A stretch of 63,527 nt of DNA, the filler included, from Octopus bimaculoides (lineage: Eukaryota): NCBI RefSeq assembly GCF_001194135.2. It is 7 parts of 7 records of this genome, joined end to end, with 100 filler letters (N's around TTAATTAATTAA, not from the genome) between each part and the next. Parts side by side here need not be neighbours in the genome. Positions count along the whole stretch, not along the records: positions 24,817 to 47,007 come from NC_068985.1; 6 more parts are not named here. The stretch is one strand, 5' to 3'. Under the pieces are notes generated by a model, which was not told where the DNA came from, searched no databases, and worked only from the letters and a program-made list of their open reading frames with translations. Positions 24,966 to 37,492 of this stretch are shown here, in pieces. Numbering within the stretch: the stretch's first letter is position 1; each line of letters starts with the position of its first letter. The position numbers and the translations under genes were made by a program.

Positions 24966-25610
24966 GATATGTATGTATATGTATGTAAGTATGAATATCT
25001 AGATGTTTTTGCATTTACATGTATGTATGTATGTATGTATGTATGTATGTATGTATGTGTGTGTGTGTTTGTCGATCTGTTTACGTTTCTGTGGAATATG
25101 TTTAGAAGTGCTCAACATCAACGTCAAGATTGCGGTCGAGGTGTGTAGAGTGTGGTGGCGAATTGTTATTTGTGGCCAGATTAAGTTGCGTGGAATTGGG
25201 AGTAGAGATTTCTAACGACACACACACACACACACACACAAAAATAACGCGCACACACACACACACACACACAAAAATAACGCGCATTGACATATATTTG
25301 TATGTGTGTGTGCGCGCGAGTGAAAGAGTGGAATTGATATACGTACGTATGTATATATGTATGTATGTATATTTATATGTATGTATGTATGTATGCATGC
25401 ATGCATGTATGCATGTATGTATGTATGTATGTATGTATGTATGCACATGTGTATTCATGTATGTATGAATGTATACACGTATGTTTGTATGTATGTATGT
25501 GTGTATGTATTATGTATGTGTATATAATATATAGTTAACTATAATGGTACTTAATGCTACATTATTCTACATCAGTCTACATCACACACACACGTGTGTG
25601 TGTGTGTGTG
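24927..25610. repeat. Compound (TA)/(TATG)/(CA) microsatellite cluster
   Basis: Direct inspection. Confidence 0.85.
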
Positions 25611-26025
25611 CGCGCATACAGATGTCATCAAAAGTCAGCTGTCACCTGCAAACGAGTATGGCTTGGTATCATGTACCATGCTTTCGCTAATTATTTTCGG
25701 CGCCTGTGTAGTCGCGAGCAGACACACACATCCTTTTTTACTCTCCCACCTTTTGACCTAGCGGCCAATACAAGGTACATAATCACTCGACTGGTACTAA
25801 ACTTCAGATGAGTTGAGAGACACCACGTGTAATGAAATACCTTGCTCAAGGTCACAACGCGCCACTGCGCCGATCAAGACATAGTGTTGTTGGTACAAGA
25901 ATTGAGGCCACAACATTATGATCGTAAGCCGAACCCAAACCAGTAGGCCACGCGCCTTCATCCCAACCATACACATATATATTTATACACACACACATAT
26001 CTTTATGTATATGTATGTGTGTGTA

Positions 26026-26071
<46 letters not shown>

Positions 26072-26301
26072 TATTCTATGTCTTTATGCAGCTGAGGATT
26101 GCTCTGCATTTTAAATTGATGTAATGATTACATTGTTCAATTGAATGGAGTTGCATGAAACGATCGTACTGCATTACCTCTGGATATCCTTGTTGCTTAT
26201 TTTGATTTTAATGACCTTACTTTCAAATTGTATGGATAATACCGTACTAAATTCTGGTGCCTCAACTTAAGTATCATATTCGCCTGAATCTAAATTTTTG
26301 C

Positions 26302-26480
<179 letters not shown>

Positions 26481-26496
26481 AGCTACATAATAAATA

Positions 26497-26583
26497 AATA
26501 TACTTTATTAAAAAGCAGCAGAAATATCACAAAAACTGTTACTCAGAGTTTCACGTTCCCGTTCGTCGGACAGTTTTGTTTAG
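26497..26583 (-). mobile_element. Short PLE/retrozyme-like terminal fragment carrying the hammerhead
   Basis: Hammerhead followed by AATAAA and a microsatellite tail; fused to a truncated SINE B. Confidence 0.55.
26532..26577 (-). ncRNA. Minimal type I hammerhead ribozyme motif (U4C core variant)
   Basis: Minus strand: AAAACUGU-CCGACGA-ACG(GGAA)CGU-GAAA-CUC(U)GAG-UA^ACAGUUUU. 8-bp stem I, GNRA-capped stem II, palindromic stem III, GUA cleavage triplet. Confidence 0.75.
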
Positions 26584-26750
26584 ACAAAGGAATTAAGTCA
26601 ATTACATCGACCCCAGTGCATAATTTATCGACTCCGAAAGGATGAAAGGCAAAGCCGACCTCAGTGAAATTTGAGTTCAGAACATAAAGACAGACGAAAT
26701 ACCGGTAAGCATTTCACCCGGTGTGCTAACGCATCTGCCAGCTCACCGAC
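26584..26750 (-). mobile_element. SINE family B left monomer, 3'-truncated
   Basis: gtgagctggcagatgcgttagc...cctttcggagtcgataaatt...cctttgtct. Confidence 0.85.
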
Positions 26751-26839
26751 TTCATTAGTCACATTGTTTCTGACGGGGAAAAACTTTTTTTAAAGATAAG
26801 GTATGACAGAAAGGGTCATAGATATAAAGGAAAGCGACT

Positions 26840-27100
26840 GTTCTAAGATATGCCAAGTCACAAAGACAGTGAAATGAAGACTAATCAACCGGATATTGTT
26901 GCAAAGGAGAACAGGAAAGAAAGTACCTCCCACTCGAAATATCAATCCCAAACTGACGATAAAGTATTTTTAAAAAGAAATGGAGATGTCTAAAGAGAAA
27001 GATCTGAAAATAGAGATATCACAATGTGGGACGCATATAATCACTGCTATAATAGGCACTTTCAGAATGGTTAAAAATCATGCAGACAAGTACATAACTA
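26840..27100 (+). mobile_element. R4-type RLE domain fragment, decayed
   Basis: NQPDIVAK...ISIPTDDKVFL...KDLKIEISQ...IIGTF..VKNHADKYIT, related to 17397. Confidence 0.65.
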
Positions 27101-27271
27101 TAACTTCAGGATTGTGTATATGAAAAAAATATATATATTTATAGTACTACATATTGTACATGCATGTTCTAGTGTACTTTTAATACAGCAAAAAATACTA
27201 CAATACCAAAACAAAACACTGCATAAAGTCAAGATAGTGCAGTTGACAGCAACTACTACTACTACTACTAC

Positions 27272-27317
<46 letters not shown>

Positions 27318-27849
27318 CTCATCAACAGGAAGTAACATGGAATTTACTGTAGCAAAGAGAAATGTAACTGGTGTCTAGAAATATAGAGACGTTTTCTAAA
27401 TAGAACTACTTAATGGATGATGTTATATCTCCCAAGAATCTGGCAAAGCTCTCGGCTTGTCATTAGCTCTAATTCTCAGTAAATTTATTAAGAAGGAATT
27501 TAGAAAATAAACAGATAAATAATTAAAGAGAAGTAAAAATCCGAAATGAACTTTTGGAATCGTGTTAAAGAGAAGCAGTTTAAAATGTCAAGATGGCAAT
27601 TTATAGTATTATCAAAACTACTGCCACAGACTTTTAACGAATTACTAACATGTGAAACACGAAGAAATATTTGGCAGACATATTTTAAATATTTCCGAAG
27701 GATGAAGATGTTTGCAGTTCAAATCACAACCAACTTTTCCCAGAGCCTAGTCAATAATTGAAAATTTTAATACAGTACTGGGTCTCGTAACAGGATTTGT
27801 TAATGAGATAAAAATGTCTTTTAGGTGTGTATATGTTTGTGCATGGGCG

Positions 27850-28190
27850 TGAGTTAGAGATACTTTGTCGTCTGTTAGGATTGATATTTCAAGTGGGGAG
27901 TAGAGTTTTTTTCTGGTCATCTTTCGTAACGATCTCTGGTTGATTAACCTTGATGTCAATGTCTTTGTGATTAGGAACATCTTAAAATATAGTCGATACA
28001 GAAAAATCCTACTCCATTACATACTTTTGCCAAGAAGTATTTGATCTTGTGCTGCAATCAAGAATAACTTCAGCTTCAGTGAGTCCTGCGTTTTCCAATC
28101 TGGACTACAATTTTACTTTGTCTAATCTCCACTCTGCTTAGTATTTTCTGGCATTGCTCTTGCAAGTGTGTCGCAAAAACATAGCTTGCT
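27850..28190 (-). mobile_element. R4-type fragment, decayed
   Basis: IKVNQPEIVTKDDQKK and PLEISILTDDKVSL, paralogous to 26840-27100. Confidence 0.6.
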
Positions 28191-28202
28191 TCCCCCATAG
28201 AG

Positions 28203-28627
28203 ACTCTTTTACTCTTTTACTCCTTTACTCTTTTACTTGATTCAGTCATTTGACTGCGGCCATGCTAGAGCACCGCCTTTAGTCGAGCAAATCGACCCCA
28301 GGACTTATTCTTTGTAAGCCTAGTACTTATTCTATCGGTCTCTTTTGCATAATCGCTAAGTGACAGGGACATAAACATACCAGCATCGGTTGTCAAGCAA
28401 TTCTAGGGGGAAAAACACAGACACACAAACACACATACACGCGCACACATATATATACATATATACGACGGGTTTCTTTCAGTTTTCGTCTAACAAATCC
28501 ACTTACAAGGCTTTGGTCGGCCCGAGGCTATAGTAGAAGACACTTGCCCAAGATGCCACGCAATGGAACTGAACCCGGAACCATGTGGTTGGTAAGCAAG
28601 CTACTTACCACACAGCCACTCTTGTGC
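28203..28627 (-). mobile_element. SINE family A, full length
   Basis: Head gcacaagagtggctgtgtggtaagtagc, internal (TA/TG)n, tail (AAAAGAGT)n. Confidence 0.93.
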
Positions 28628-28661
28628 AACGAAGGAGGGATAATGTAATTAGTCTTTAAAA

Positions 28662-28866
28662 AATGGTTTAAAATTTAGGCGGAAGCTCAGCAATTTTAGG
28701 GAGAGCGTTTGTCGATTAGATCGCTTCCAGTACTCAACTGGGACTTTCCGAAAAGGCGAAAGGCAAAGTTGGGCTCGGCGGTATTTGAGTTCAGAAGGTA
28801 AATTGTCAGAAGTGCCGCTTAACATTTTATCTAATGCACAAACGATTCGGCTGCCTCACTACCTTT
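28662..28866 (-). mobile_element. SINE family B monomer, diverged
   Basis: gtcgattagatcg...aaaggcaaagttgggctcggcggtatttgagttcag. Confidence 0.7.
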
Positions 28867-28944
28867 TTGTTATAACAAATAATAGTGATTTATTACACTC
28901 TGTATGACCACTAGTTAGAAGTTGTTATTATTGTAGTTGTTGCT

Positions 28945-29165
28945 ATGGCGGCGAGTTAGCAGAATCGTTACCGCGTCGGACAAAATGCTTTGCAGCATTT
29001 CGTCGATTTTTACGTTCCCAATTCAAGTTCTGCTGAGGGCAACTTTGCCTTTCATTCTTTCCGGATCTACAAAATACGTACCAGTCAGGCACAGGTGGTG
29101 GGGATGTAATCGTTTAGCTCCCACTCCCTTATAATTTCAGGCCTTTTGCCTGTATTAGAAGCAGC
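28945..29165 (+). mobile_element. SINE family B monomer, diverged
   Basis: ggcggcgagttagcagaatcgtta...gcaactttgcctttcattc...caggccttttgcc. Confidence 0.75.
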
Positions 29166-29917
29166 TAAACAAGAATCAATCTAGTGCAGTTTAATGACTG
29201 AGTATTATGACCGACGATTATGGCAAGCCTAGGGAAAGATTCTTAAAAAAAAAAAGACAAAAATCAAAAACAAAAAAGAAAGAAAGAAAAGCCCTGCAAA
29301 AGTCAGAGGTTTTTCTCGTCAAAATATAAACAGTTTTAAACTCTGAAGTTATATAATTGAATCTTCTACAAGTTATTTTATACACCATAACACATAACTA
29401 TTCAAAACAGATGTGACATGTTTCCACAAGTCTTTTACAAGTCCCTCTAGTTTAGAGTTACAGTCTTACAGACTGTTAACAATACCAACTAGGTTACAGG
29501 ACACGTGTAATTTTATGAGTCCATTTTCCTCTCGTATCTTCTCTCAATCATTTCGTTTCTCCTTCTCTTCGCCAATCTTTGTATTTCCTGCAATAACTGA
29601 TGGAGCATCGTCCTCCACTAACCATCGTTATATACGAAATTATGATCTTGAGTGGATGTTGTTGTTACTAGTTAGCCCTAGGTCAACGTTGATAGAGCAT
29701 AATCGCTGATATCATCCTGTTTTTATCTTCTTCTTTTTACTTGTCCGTGCCACAGAGCGGCAGCTATGCGGGAGCTCTTTATTTGTTGTGTTCGTTTTTT
29801 TTTTATTTGGTTGGATATCTTCTTTGTAGGACTAACTTTTTAACGAGTACTTTCCATCAAGCTATTTCAGAATTTTGTTGCTTTTTCTTTTCTAGCAGAT
29901 CGTTTCATCGCATATAG

Positions 29918-30000
29918 CAGTGGTTCTCAAACTAACAAAGATGAGGCTTGAGCCGCACCGTCAAATTATAGGCGAAATTTTGTGAGACCGCTCCCCGACC
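29918..30000 (+). mobile_element. hAT (Charlie-like) transposon terminus
   Basis: CAGTGGTTCTCAAACT is the classic hAT-Charlie TIR; no partner TIR seen. Confidence 0.55.
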
Positions 30001-30791
30001 TTTGCCAATAACTAACCATAGCCATCACTCGAAGCCAAATGTTACCTGGCGGCACATTTTCGAACAACTGCTTATGATGTGGGTGACATCTTCAGCGTCA
30101 ACTCCACAAAGTCTGCATTGGTTGTCACATTTTACTACTTTTCCTGCATCTCTATCCCTTTTGTGCATCAGGTACTTGGTTGATATTTTCTGTTCCTGGA
30201 TTGCAAATGTATGCCCTTCAAAGTAGGAGGTAGTAATCCGGCTATTGGTCCATGATAAACTGCTTTGATGATCGATGTTACTATCATCACGGAGCTTTCT
30301 ACTAACATATCCATGCATAAACTTCTGCTCATACAGGCTCATCCTTTCATCTGATGATACGTTGCGGTAAAGTCGTGCGACTTCTTTGGGCATGTATTCT
30401 AGGTCATCAGACAAAGAGTGTTGTTCAAGGAGCTGCTTTCCAAGTCCTTTGATATTATCAGCTACATGTGTGCAAACTTGATCAATGGATGCACTGCGAC
30501 GCTTGGTAGTTAAAAGATGTTGCCGAAGGGATATGATGCGACATTCAAAGGCATTTTGGATCGATGTTAATCCTCTGCCGCCTTGTTTACATTTTAGGTA
30601 GAGGCGGTCTACGTCACTGTTTATGTAGAAATTATGTGTGTTTGTTAGTATTTTTTGGGTTTTCACATCAATGGTTCGGATCCGACCAAGCGTCCAATCA
30701 AGCAGCCCAAATGTTGGTATGAGTACTGGCACTGCAAACACATTGTGGGCCACTGTTTTATTGAATGCAGAGGGTTCTGAGATCCATATAT
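30000..30791 (-). mobile_element. R4-clade LINE RT C-terminal region plus CCHC knuckle
   Basis: Open frame NKTVAHNVFAVPVLIPTFGLLDWT...SDVDRLYLKCKQGGRGL...MHGY...FAIQEQKIST...CRLCGVDAEDVTHIISSC; 5' side in an N gap, 3' side lost. Confidence 0.9.
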
Positions 30792-31296
30792 NNNNNNNNN
30801 NNNNNNNNNNNNNNNNNNNNNNNNNNNNNNNNNNNNNNNNNNNNNNNNNNNNNNNNNNNNNNNNNNNNNNNNNNNNNNNNNNNNNNNNNNNNNNNNNNNN
30901 NNNNNNNNNNNNNNNNNNNNNNNNNNNNNNNNNNNNNNNNNNNNNNNNNNNNNNNNNNNNNNNNNNNNNNNNNNNNNNNNNNNNNNNNNNNNNNNNNNNN
31001 NNNNNNNNNNNNNNNNNNNNNNNNNNNNNNNNNNNNNNNNNNNNNNNNNNNNNNNNNNNNNNNNNNNNNNNNNNNNNNNNNNNNNNNNNNNNNNNNNNNN
31101 NNNNNNNNNNNNNNNNNNNNNNNNNNNNNNNNNNNNNNNNNNNNNNNNNNNNNNNNNNNNNNNNNNNNNNNNNNNNNNNNNNNNNNNNNNNNNNNNNNNN
31201 NNNNNNNNNNAACATAGATACATGGAGAAAAACAACTTGTTCTAAATTTCATACATACATACATACATACATATATATACACGCATATATACATAA

Positions 31297-31357
<61 letters not shown>

Positions 31358-31843
31358 TACACACACACAGACGTGATATGCGTGTGTGTTTGTGGGAAGT
31401 AATGTTTGTCGTTTTGTTGTATGAGCAAGATAATGTTCACAGAAGGAGCTAATGACCCATAAATTTGAATTCATGATGGTGTAAGCATGAAAGTAAATCG
31501 TATTAATTTTTGTCTTTTGAATAAACTACACGACTTTAAATGCTTTAAACTGATTCATATTAGTGATATTTCCTCCAGTGTCTATTTATCCATAAAAGAA
31601 AGATTTTTACAATTCTCTAAGCACTTAGTAATGTTAGTAGATTCCAGTTCAATGATCTACCATCCTCTTCTCCTTCTCTCTATTTCTCTCCCCCCCCTCT
31701 CTCTCTCTCTCTCTCTCTCAGTGTCTGTCATTGTGTGTAGATATTATATATGCGCATATATGAAATACATATAGCATAAACACAGATGCACATATACATA
31801 CATATATACACAGACACATACACACACACACGCGCGTGCAAAC

Positions 31844-31874
<31 letters not shown>

Positions 31875-31879
31875 AATTC

Positions 31880-32550
31880 GAGGACTGAAAAAGCCAGCAA
31901 AGCACTTGGAAGGTTCGAAAAGTCGTATATGACCCGACGGAGGTATCGCCATCAGAAGCAAGCTCAGCATTTATGAATCATGCATCTTAACAGCTCGTTT
32001 ATAACTCTTCTAAGACATAGAATACATATCGTCGTTACAAGAAGGCTTTGGAAAGGTTCTATCAAACTTGCCTTAGGAGAACCTTAAACATCAAATGGCA
32101 GTCTTTAACATCAAACATGGTTGTTTTTCAGCCAGCCAACAGATCCCTGTTGAAATGCTTCTCATACGCAATTAAATGCGTTGGGCTGAACGCCTTACTA
32201 GGATGCAGGATAGCAGTTGTTTTACGGGGAGTTGCAACGTGGTAAGCATCTATAATGCAAACCTACAAAACGTATTAAATATGCTGTCAAAAGCAATTTT
32301 AAGGAACTTACTGTGAATGTTGAAGTCTGGGAACAATTGACAGGAGATCTTTTGGTGTGGAAAGAAGTGATCTACAATGGTTGTAAAGCATTTGCAACAC
32401 GGAGAATCAAATCATGTATCTTGAAATGAGCAATTTGTAAACAGAACTTAACTTCAATCCCAGACGCTTTCCAGTATGAAAAAATTTATAATATCTTCAG
32501 TAGGGGTCTGTTTGTCCTAAACCGGACTTGCTAGTCATAGGATATCTCGT
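31880..32550 (+). mobile_element. RTE/BovB-like LINE ORF C-terminal region, decayed
   Basis: LERFYQTCLRRTLNIKWQ...MRWAE..RMQD...WEQLTGDLLVWK across frameshifts. Confidence 0.75.
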
Positions 32551-32884
32551 AATGGCATTTATTAAAAACTTCGCCATACACAGAAATCATAACAACAAAT
32601 GAATAAATGTATAAATACATAAATAAATAAACACAAATTTGATAACTAAGAAGGAAGGACATTTTTTTTTCTTTGGGGTAGGACTAATTATATATATCAC
32701 TGTGGAAAAACATGGTCTGCGCAATTGAAAGACCATTTAATTAAAACCATCAGCTATGTATCATGTTGCGTTTTTAGCAGAAGTCTATGAAGGGATTTTA
32801 TCTCAGACAATTCCACAGCTTCATACCATCTAACGGTATATATACATTTATTATGCTACACATTTGGTGATGTATCATTATATG

Positions 32885-32959
32885 TCTTTCTCCTTTTCTC
32901 TGTCTCTCTCTCACTCTCTCTCCTTCTCTCTCTCTCTCTTTCTCTCCTTCTTTCTCTCT

Positions 32960-33026
<67 letters not shown>

Positions 33027-33038
33027 TCTCTCTCTCTC
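32885..33038. repeat. (TC)n microsatellite
   Basis: Direct inspection. Confidence 0.95.
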
Positions 33039-33537
33039 AAATATAGTTTTCCCGGTTTTTATCAGAAAAACTTCTACTAGTTTTCGGGGCTAAAAACATT
33101 TTCCATAGAAAAACAATGAAAAGAAAGAAAGAAAAATACTGTATCAACGAATTACATATAATGTAAGATAACATATGAAAGATAACATATAATAAAACAC
33201 ACTATGCAATAGTATATACACAAACATATATATTACAGAAATTAAGATAAACACCAGTATAAATATTTATTTCACCATTGTAGTTTCACCATTGCAGTTT
33301 CACCATTGCAGTTATATGGAATTCAGTATTAAATATTCCAAGTGCATTTGGGTGCCTAAATGCAATGTATCAGCATGGGAACATTATATTGCATTCTGTT
33401 AAATATGTATTTTCTCTTCTGTTTTTAATCATTTAAATTCTTCCCCTCAAGAAGGACTGGTTTTCGAACAGAGATACAAAGCGCCGTTTTTGGAATGTAG
33501 ATAACAAAAACAATGCCACATTTTAAACTTGAGACCC

Positions 33538-34680
33538 GAGCTTATCAGGGTCCCTCTTCCAAAATTCACTTGTCGGTGACGAAAAATGCTCCTCCAATAC
33601 TGTTCTGACACCGTCTACAGAATTCATATTTTTTCCGTCCAAATGATTTTGAAGACTTGAAAATAAATTATAATCAGATGGGGCAATGTCCAGCGAATAT
33701 GGTGGGTGGGGCATCGTTTCCCATTCAGATTGCTCCAGCCTTTGGAATGTCATCCTCGCTGTGTGTGGCCGAGCATTATCCTGATGGAAGAACACCTTTC
33801 GTCTTGAAACCAAAGATGGTTGTTTTCCATCTAACGCTGACTTAAGCCGCTCAAGCTGCTCGCAGTAGATCTCCTTTGTTACTGTCTGGTTTGGGTTTAA
33901 AAGTCCAAAGTGGACTAAACCTTTCATATCCCACCAAACAGATAACAACACCTTACGTGGGTGAAGACCTTCTTTAGCCTGAGTTACCGGTGGTTCTCTT
34001 TTCCCTACTCACTGTCTTCGGCGCTTGACATTTTTATAGAGAACCCATTTCTCGTCACCAGTCACTATTGGGTCCAAAAAAGGTTCATTCGTGTGACGTG
34101 ACAGCAAAGAGCACACATTCACTCTCTGTGCGCGATTAGACTCGGAAGGTTTGTGAGGAACCCACTGACCCAATTTGATGACTTTTCTGATGGCACACAA
34201 GTGCCGATGAATGGTTGAATGACAAAACCCAAGCTTCTTTGCTAGATTCTCAACAGTTACAATGGAATTTTATTCCGCCAGGGTTTGTAGGACGTTCTTG
34301 CCTAGCTCTACAGATCTTCTAGGACGAGGCTCGTTTTCTAGGCTGTACTTACCGGCTCGAAATTTCTGGATTCACCGTTGACACTGGCTTACGTTTATTG
34401 TCTGATGCACAGCTTTAATATTCCTCGCACTTTCTGTTGCATTGTTGCCTTTGTTGAACTCAATATGCCGAATATGCTCCTTTTTCACTTCCATTATAGC
34501 TTTGAAGTAATAACTGTTAAATCGAACTGTACTCTTAAAAACTTGCACTAAGAATAGGGACAAGGAAAATTTACTATCTGCTTTTAAAGTAAGTTGATGC
34601 AGGTAGTTTATCCCGTCCCCCTCCGACTTTTAGTTCATTCAATTGAAAAAAAACGCAGTATTTATGGGATAACCCGATAG
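33538..34680 (-). mobile_element. Mariner (D,D34D) transposon, decayed transposase, 5' TIR retained
   Basis: WVPH, IVTGDEKW, FHQDNARPH and HPPYSLDIAPSDY motifs in broken frames; a TIR-like tatcgggttatcccataaatactgcg ends at ~34679; 3' TIR not found. Confidence 0.92.
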
Positions 34681-35193
34681 ATACTGGTGGTACGATTTAC
34701 TTATAAAATGAAGCAGAGATCGTTGTAGTAACATTAGATGAATCAAAACAAAGAAACGACAGTCTCGGGGAGTTCCATTGGAGCTTTTCCATTTGCCAAG
34801 AGAATGGTCGATAAGTTGACTGACGTAGCTTTAAAATGCGTAAGTGGAGTTGCATATTCATATGAATTCAGCAACTGCTTTAAATTATCTTAATACCATA
34901 CAAACAAAACAGGAACTAAAAGTAATTTGCTCATCACTATTTAGGTTTACAACATAGATACTCTTACGATACATTATGTATCAATAAGCTGGGTCTCTTT
35001 GCAAAATAGATCAATTAATCTAAACTCTGATGGGGCTAACAAATATAGAAACCTCAGTTACTTAGATATATATATATATATGCTGTTTTACTTGAACTTG
35101 AACTATATTTCTGACAGATTCATTCAAAGGCAAGCCCACATTGAATGTACTTCGAGGTAGAAAGAAAAGATGTCATTTGAACAGCTAAGATCA

Positions 35194-35541
35194 TTTACTC
35201 TTTTACTCTTTTACTTGTTTCAGTCTTTTGACCGTGGCCATGCTGGAGCAACGCCTTTAGTCGAGCAAATCGACCCAGGACTTATTCTTTGGAGGCCTAG
35301 TACTTATTTTATCTTTTCTTTTGCCGAACCGCTAAGTTAAGGGGACGTAAACACACCAGCATCGGTTGTCAAGCGATGCTGGGGGACAAACGCAGACACG
35401 CAAACACATACACACTCACACATATATACGACGGGCTTCTTTCAGTTTCCGTCTACCAAATCCACTCACAAGGCTTTGGTCGGCCCGAGGCTATAGTAGA
35501 AGACACTTGCCCAAGTTGCCACGCAGTGAGACTGAACCCCA
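35194..35541 (-). mobile_element. SINE family A, slightly 5'-truncated
   Basis: Close match to 28203-28627. Confidence 0.92.
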
Positions 35542-35813
35542 GGTTATTACAATTACAACACCAATAAAGAAAACAATGTAGTCCTAGATATGTTACATCT
35601 GAAAGCAAGACAAAACGGTCACGGTTGGGGGTGACCACAGTTGGAGTGACCGGTTGGAGCGATCATGTGTCTTCTCGATAAGATCTGACCTCTAGCTAAA
35701 GTATACCAAGTTTTTAATTTCGTTTAGTATACACACAGTTCTCTCCCTTATTTCATTTGCGAGTTACCTCCCCTAGACAGTGTTTTATTTACTAAAAGTA
35801 GAAAACTAAAATT

Positions 35814-35906
35814 TTAATGAAACAGACGTGATACTGTCCCTTATTTAATGAAACAGACGTGATACTGTCTCTTATTTAAAGAAGCAGACGTGATAGTGTC
35901 TCTTAT
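35814..35906. repeat. 31-bp minisatellite x3
   Basis: ttaatgaaacagacgtgatactgtcccttat repeated head to tail without spacers. Confidence 0.9.
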
Positions 35907-37056
35907 TGAAACATTTCTTAAATGACTTGCATATAACAAATTTTAGTATTTTTGATGTAGATTATTTGTAGAATTAATATTGCAAATTAAATGCGCTTTC
36001 TATCTCTCTGTGCATTGATGAAATGTGTGTTTATGTGTGCGTGCGTTGTTGATTGTGTTTTCTATCTGTATTGATATTAGTTATATTACAATACACATAA
36101 ATGTTTGGATATCAACTGAATGTCGACCGCCACGTGAAGACATCGGTAATCTATATTACAATGTTTATTATTACTGTTATAATTGCTTATTATGTCAGCC
36201 CTTAAGAAGCAGAACTACGTCGAAAGACGCTACAGCCATGACCATCTCGTCGTTATTAAATAATGACGAGGTGGTAATTTCCCCGTATTGCATTATATCA
36301 TCCTTTTTTGTTTGTTTTTCTTTTTTTTTGTCTTTTTTCTTCAAGGTAATATGATGCAATTAGAACGAGATTTTGTTAAATGAGACTTGGGTACTGTTTA
36401 CTTGAGGTCGAGTGATCGCACAGGAGTTCTCCGGTTGGCTTGATCATAAATCTGTTAAAGAGATAAGTACGGTTCACAAATTCTTGAAACAGAAGACTGA
36501 TGTTTACTTCGAATTTTTAAACACAAGCTTATACAGGGGAGATAACTAGCTTCCTTGACAGGTTTACAATTCTGCCGAGAAAGAATTGCTAGAAATGTTT
36601 AGTGTGGTAACAGGGAGGTGAGAAAATGCTAAGATTGTTTGGATCAATGCAGAAAATCGTAGACCATTGAAGTAAATGTTGATCAAATAAACAGACGGAA
36701 AATAGCTCATAAATGAGTCACTGATTAAAGCATGCCGGTGAGAGAATCATTTTCAAACAGTTGATGGACATTTTTGGAAATAGTTACGGATCTCTCGTGT
36801 ATGTCTCATGCATGGATGCAGTACATAAATTGTTGGCTTTAATCAACCTCTGTAGAGGGTCAATTACTGATAAAAGCTGAGGGAATTTCTTGGTTTTAAA
36901 TAGAAGCCCTAATTTGATGAGGTGCTTATGAATACAGTAGCCAAGGTATATGAATACCCTTTCAGCTATATACCCACCGGATAAAGAACGTCACTAGATT
37001 TATTCATTGTCATTCGTCAAACCATATGATTGACGATTATAGTATCACGAAAGGGT

Positions 37057-37492
37057 AAGGTGGTCAGCTGGCAGAAACGTTAGCACGCCGGGCGAAATGC
37101 GTAGCCGTATTTCGTCTGCATTTACGTTTTGAGTTCAAATTTCGCCCGAGGTCGACTTTGCTTTCCATCCTTTCGGGGTCGATAAATTAAGTACCAGTTA
37201 CGCACTGGGGTCGATGTAATCGACTTAATCCTTTTGTCTGTCCTTGTTTGTCCCCTCTATGTTTAGCCCCTTGTGGGCAATAAAGAAATAAGAAACGTTA
37301 GCACACTGGGCGAAATGCTTAGTGGTATTTCGTCTGTCTATACGCCCTGAGTTCAAATTCTGCGGAGGTCGACTTCGCCTTTCATCCTTTCGGAATCGAT
37401 AAATTAAGTACCAATTGCGTACTGGAGTCGATCTAATCGACTGGCTCCCTTCCCCAAAATTTTGGGCCTTGTGCCTAGAATAGAAAAGAATA
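37057..37492 (+). mobile_element. SINE family B dimer
   Basis: Left monomer with tail ...gggcaataaagaaata, right monomer from 37291 ending ccttgtgcctagaatagaaaagaata. Confidence 0.92.

Noticed and set aside
35814-35906. CRISPR-like 31-bp repeats
   Set aside because: No spacers, no cas genes, eukaryotic context; a simple minisatellite
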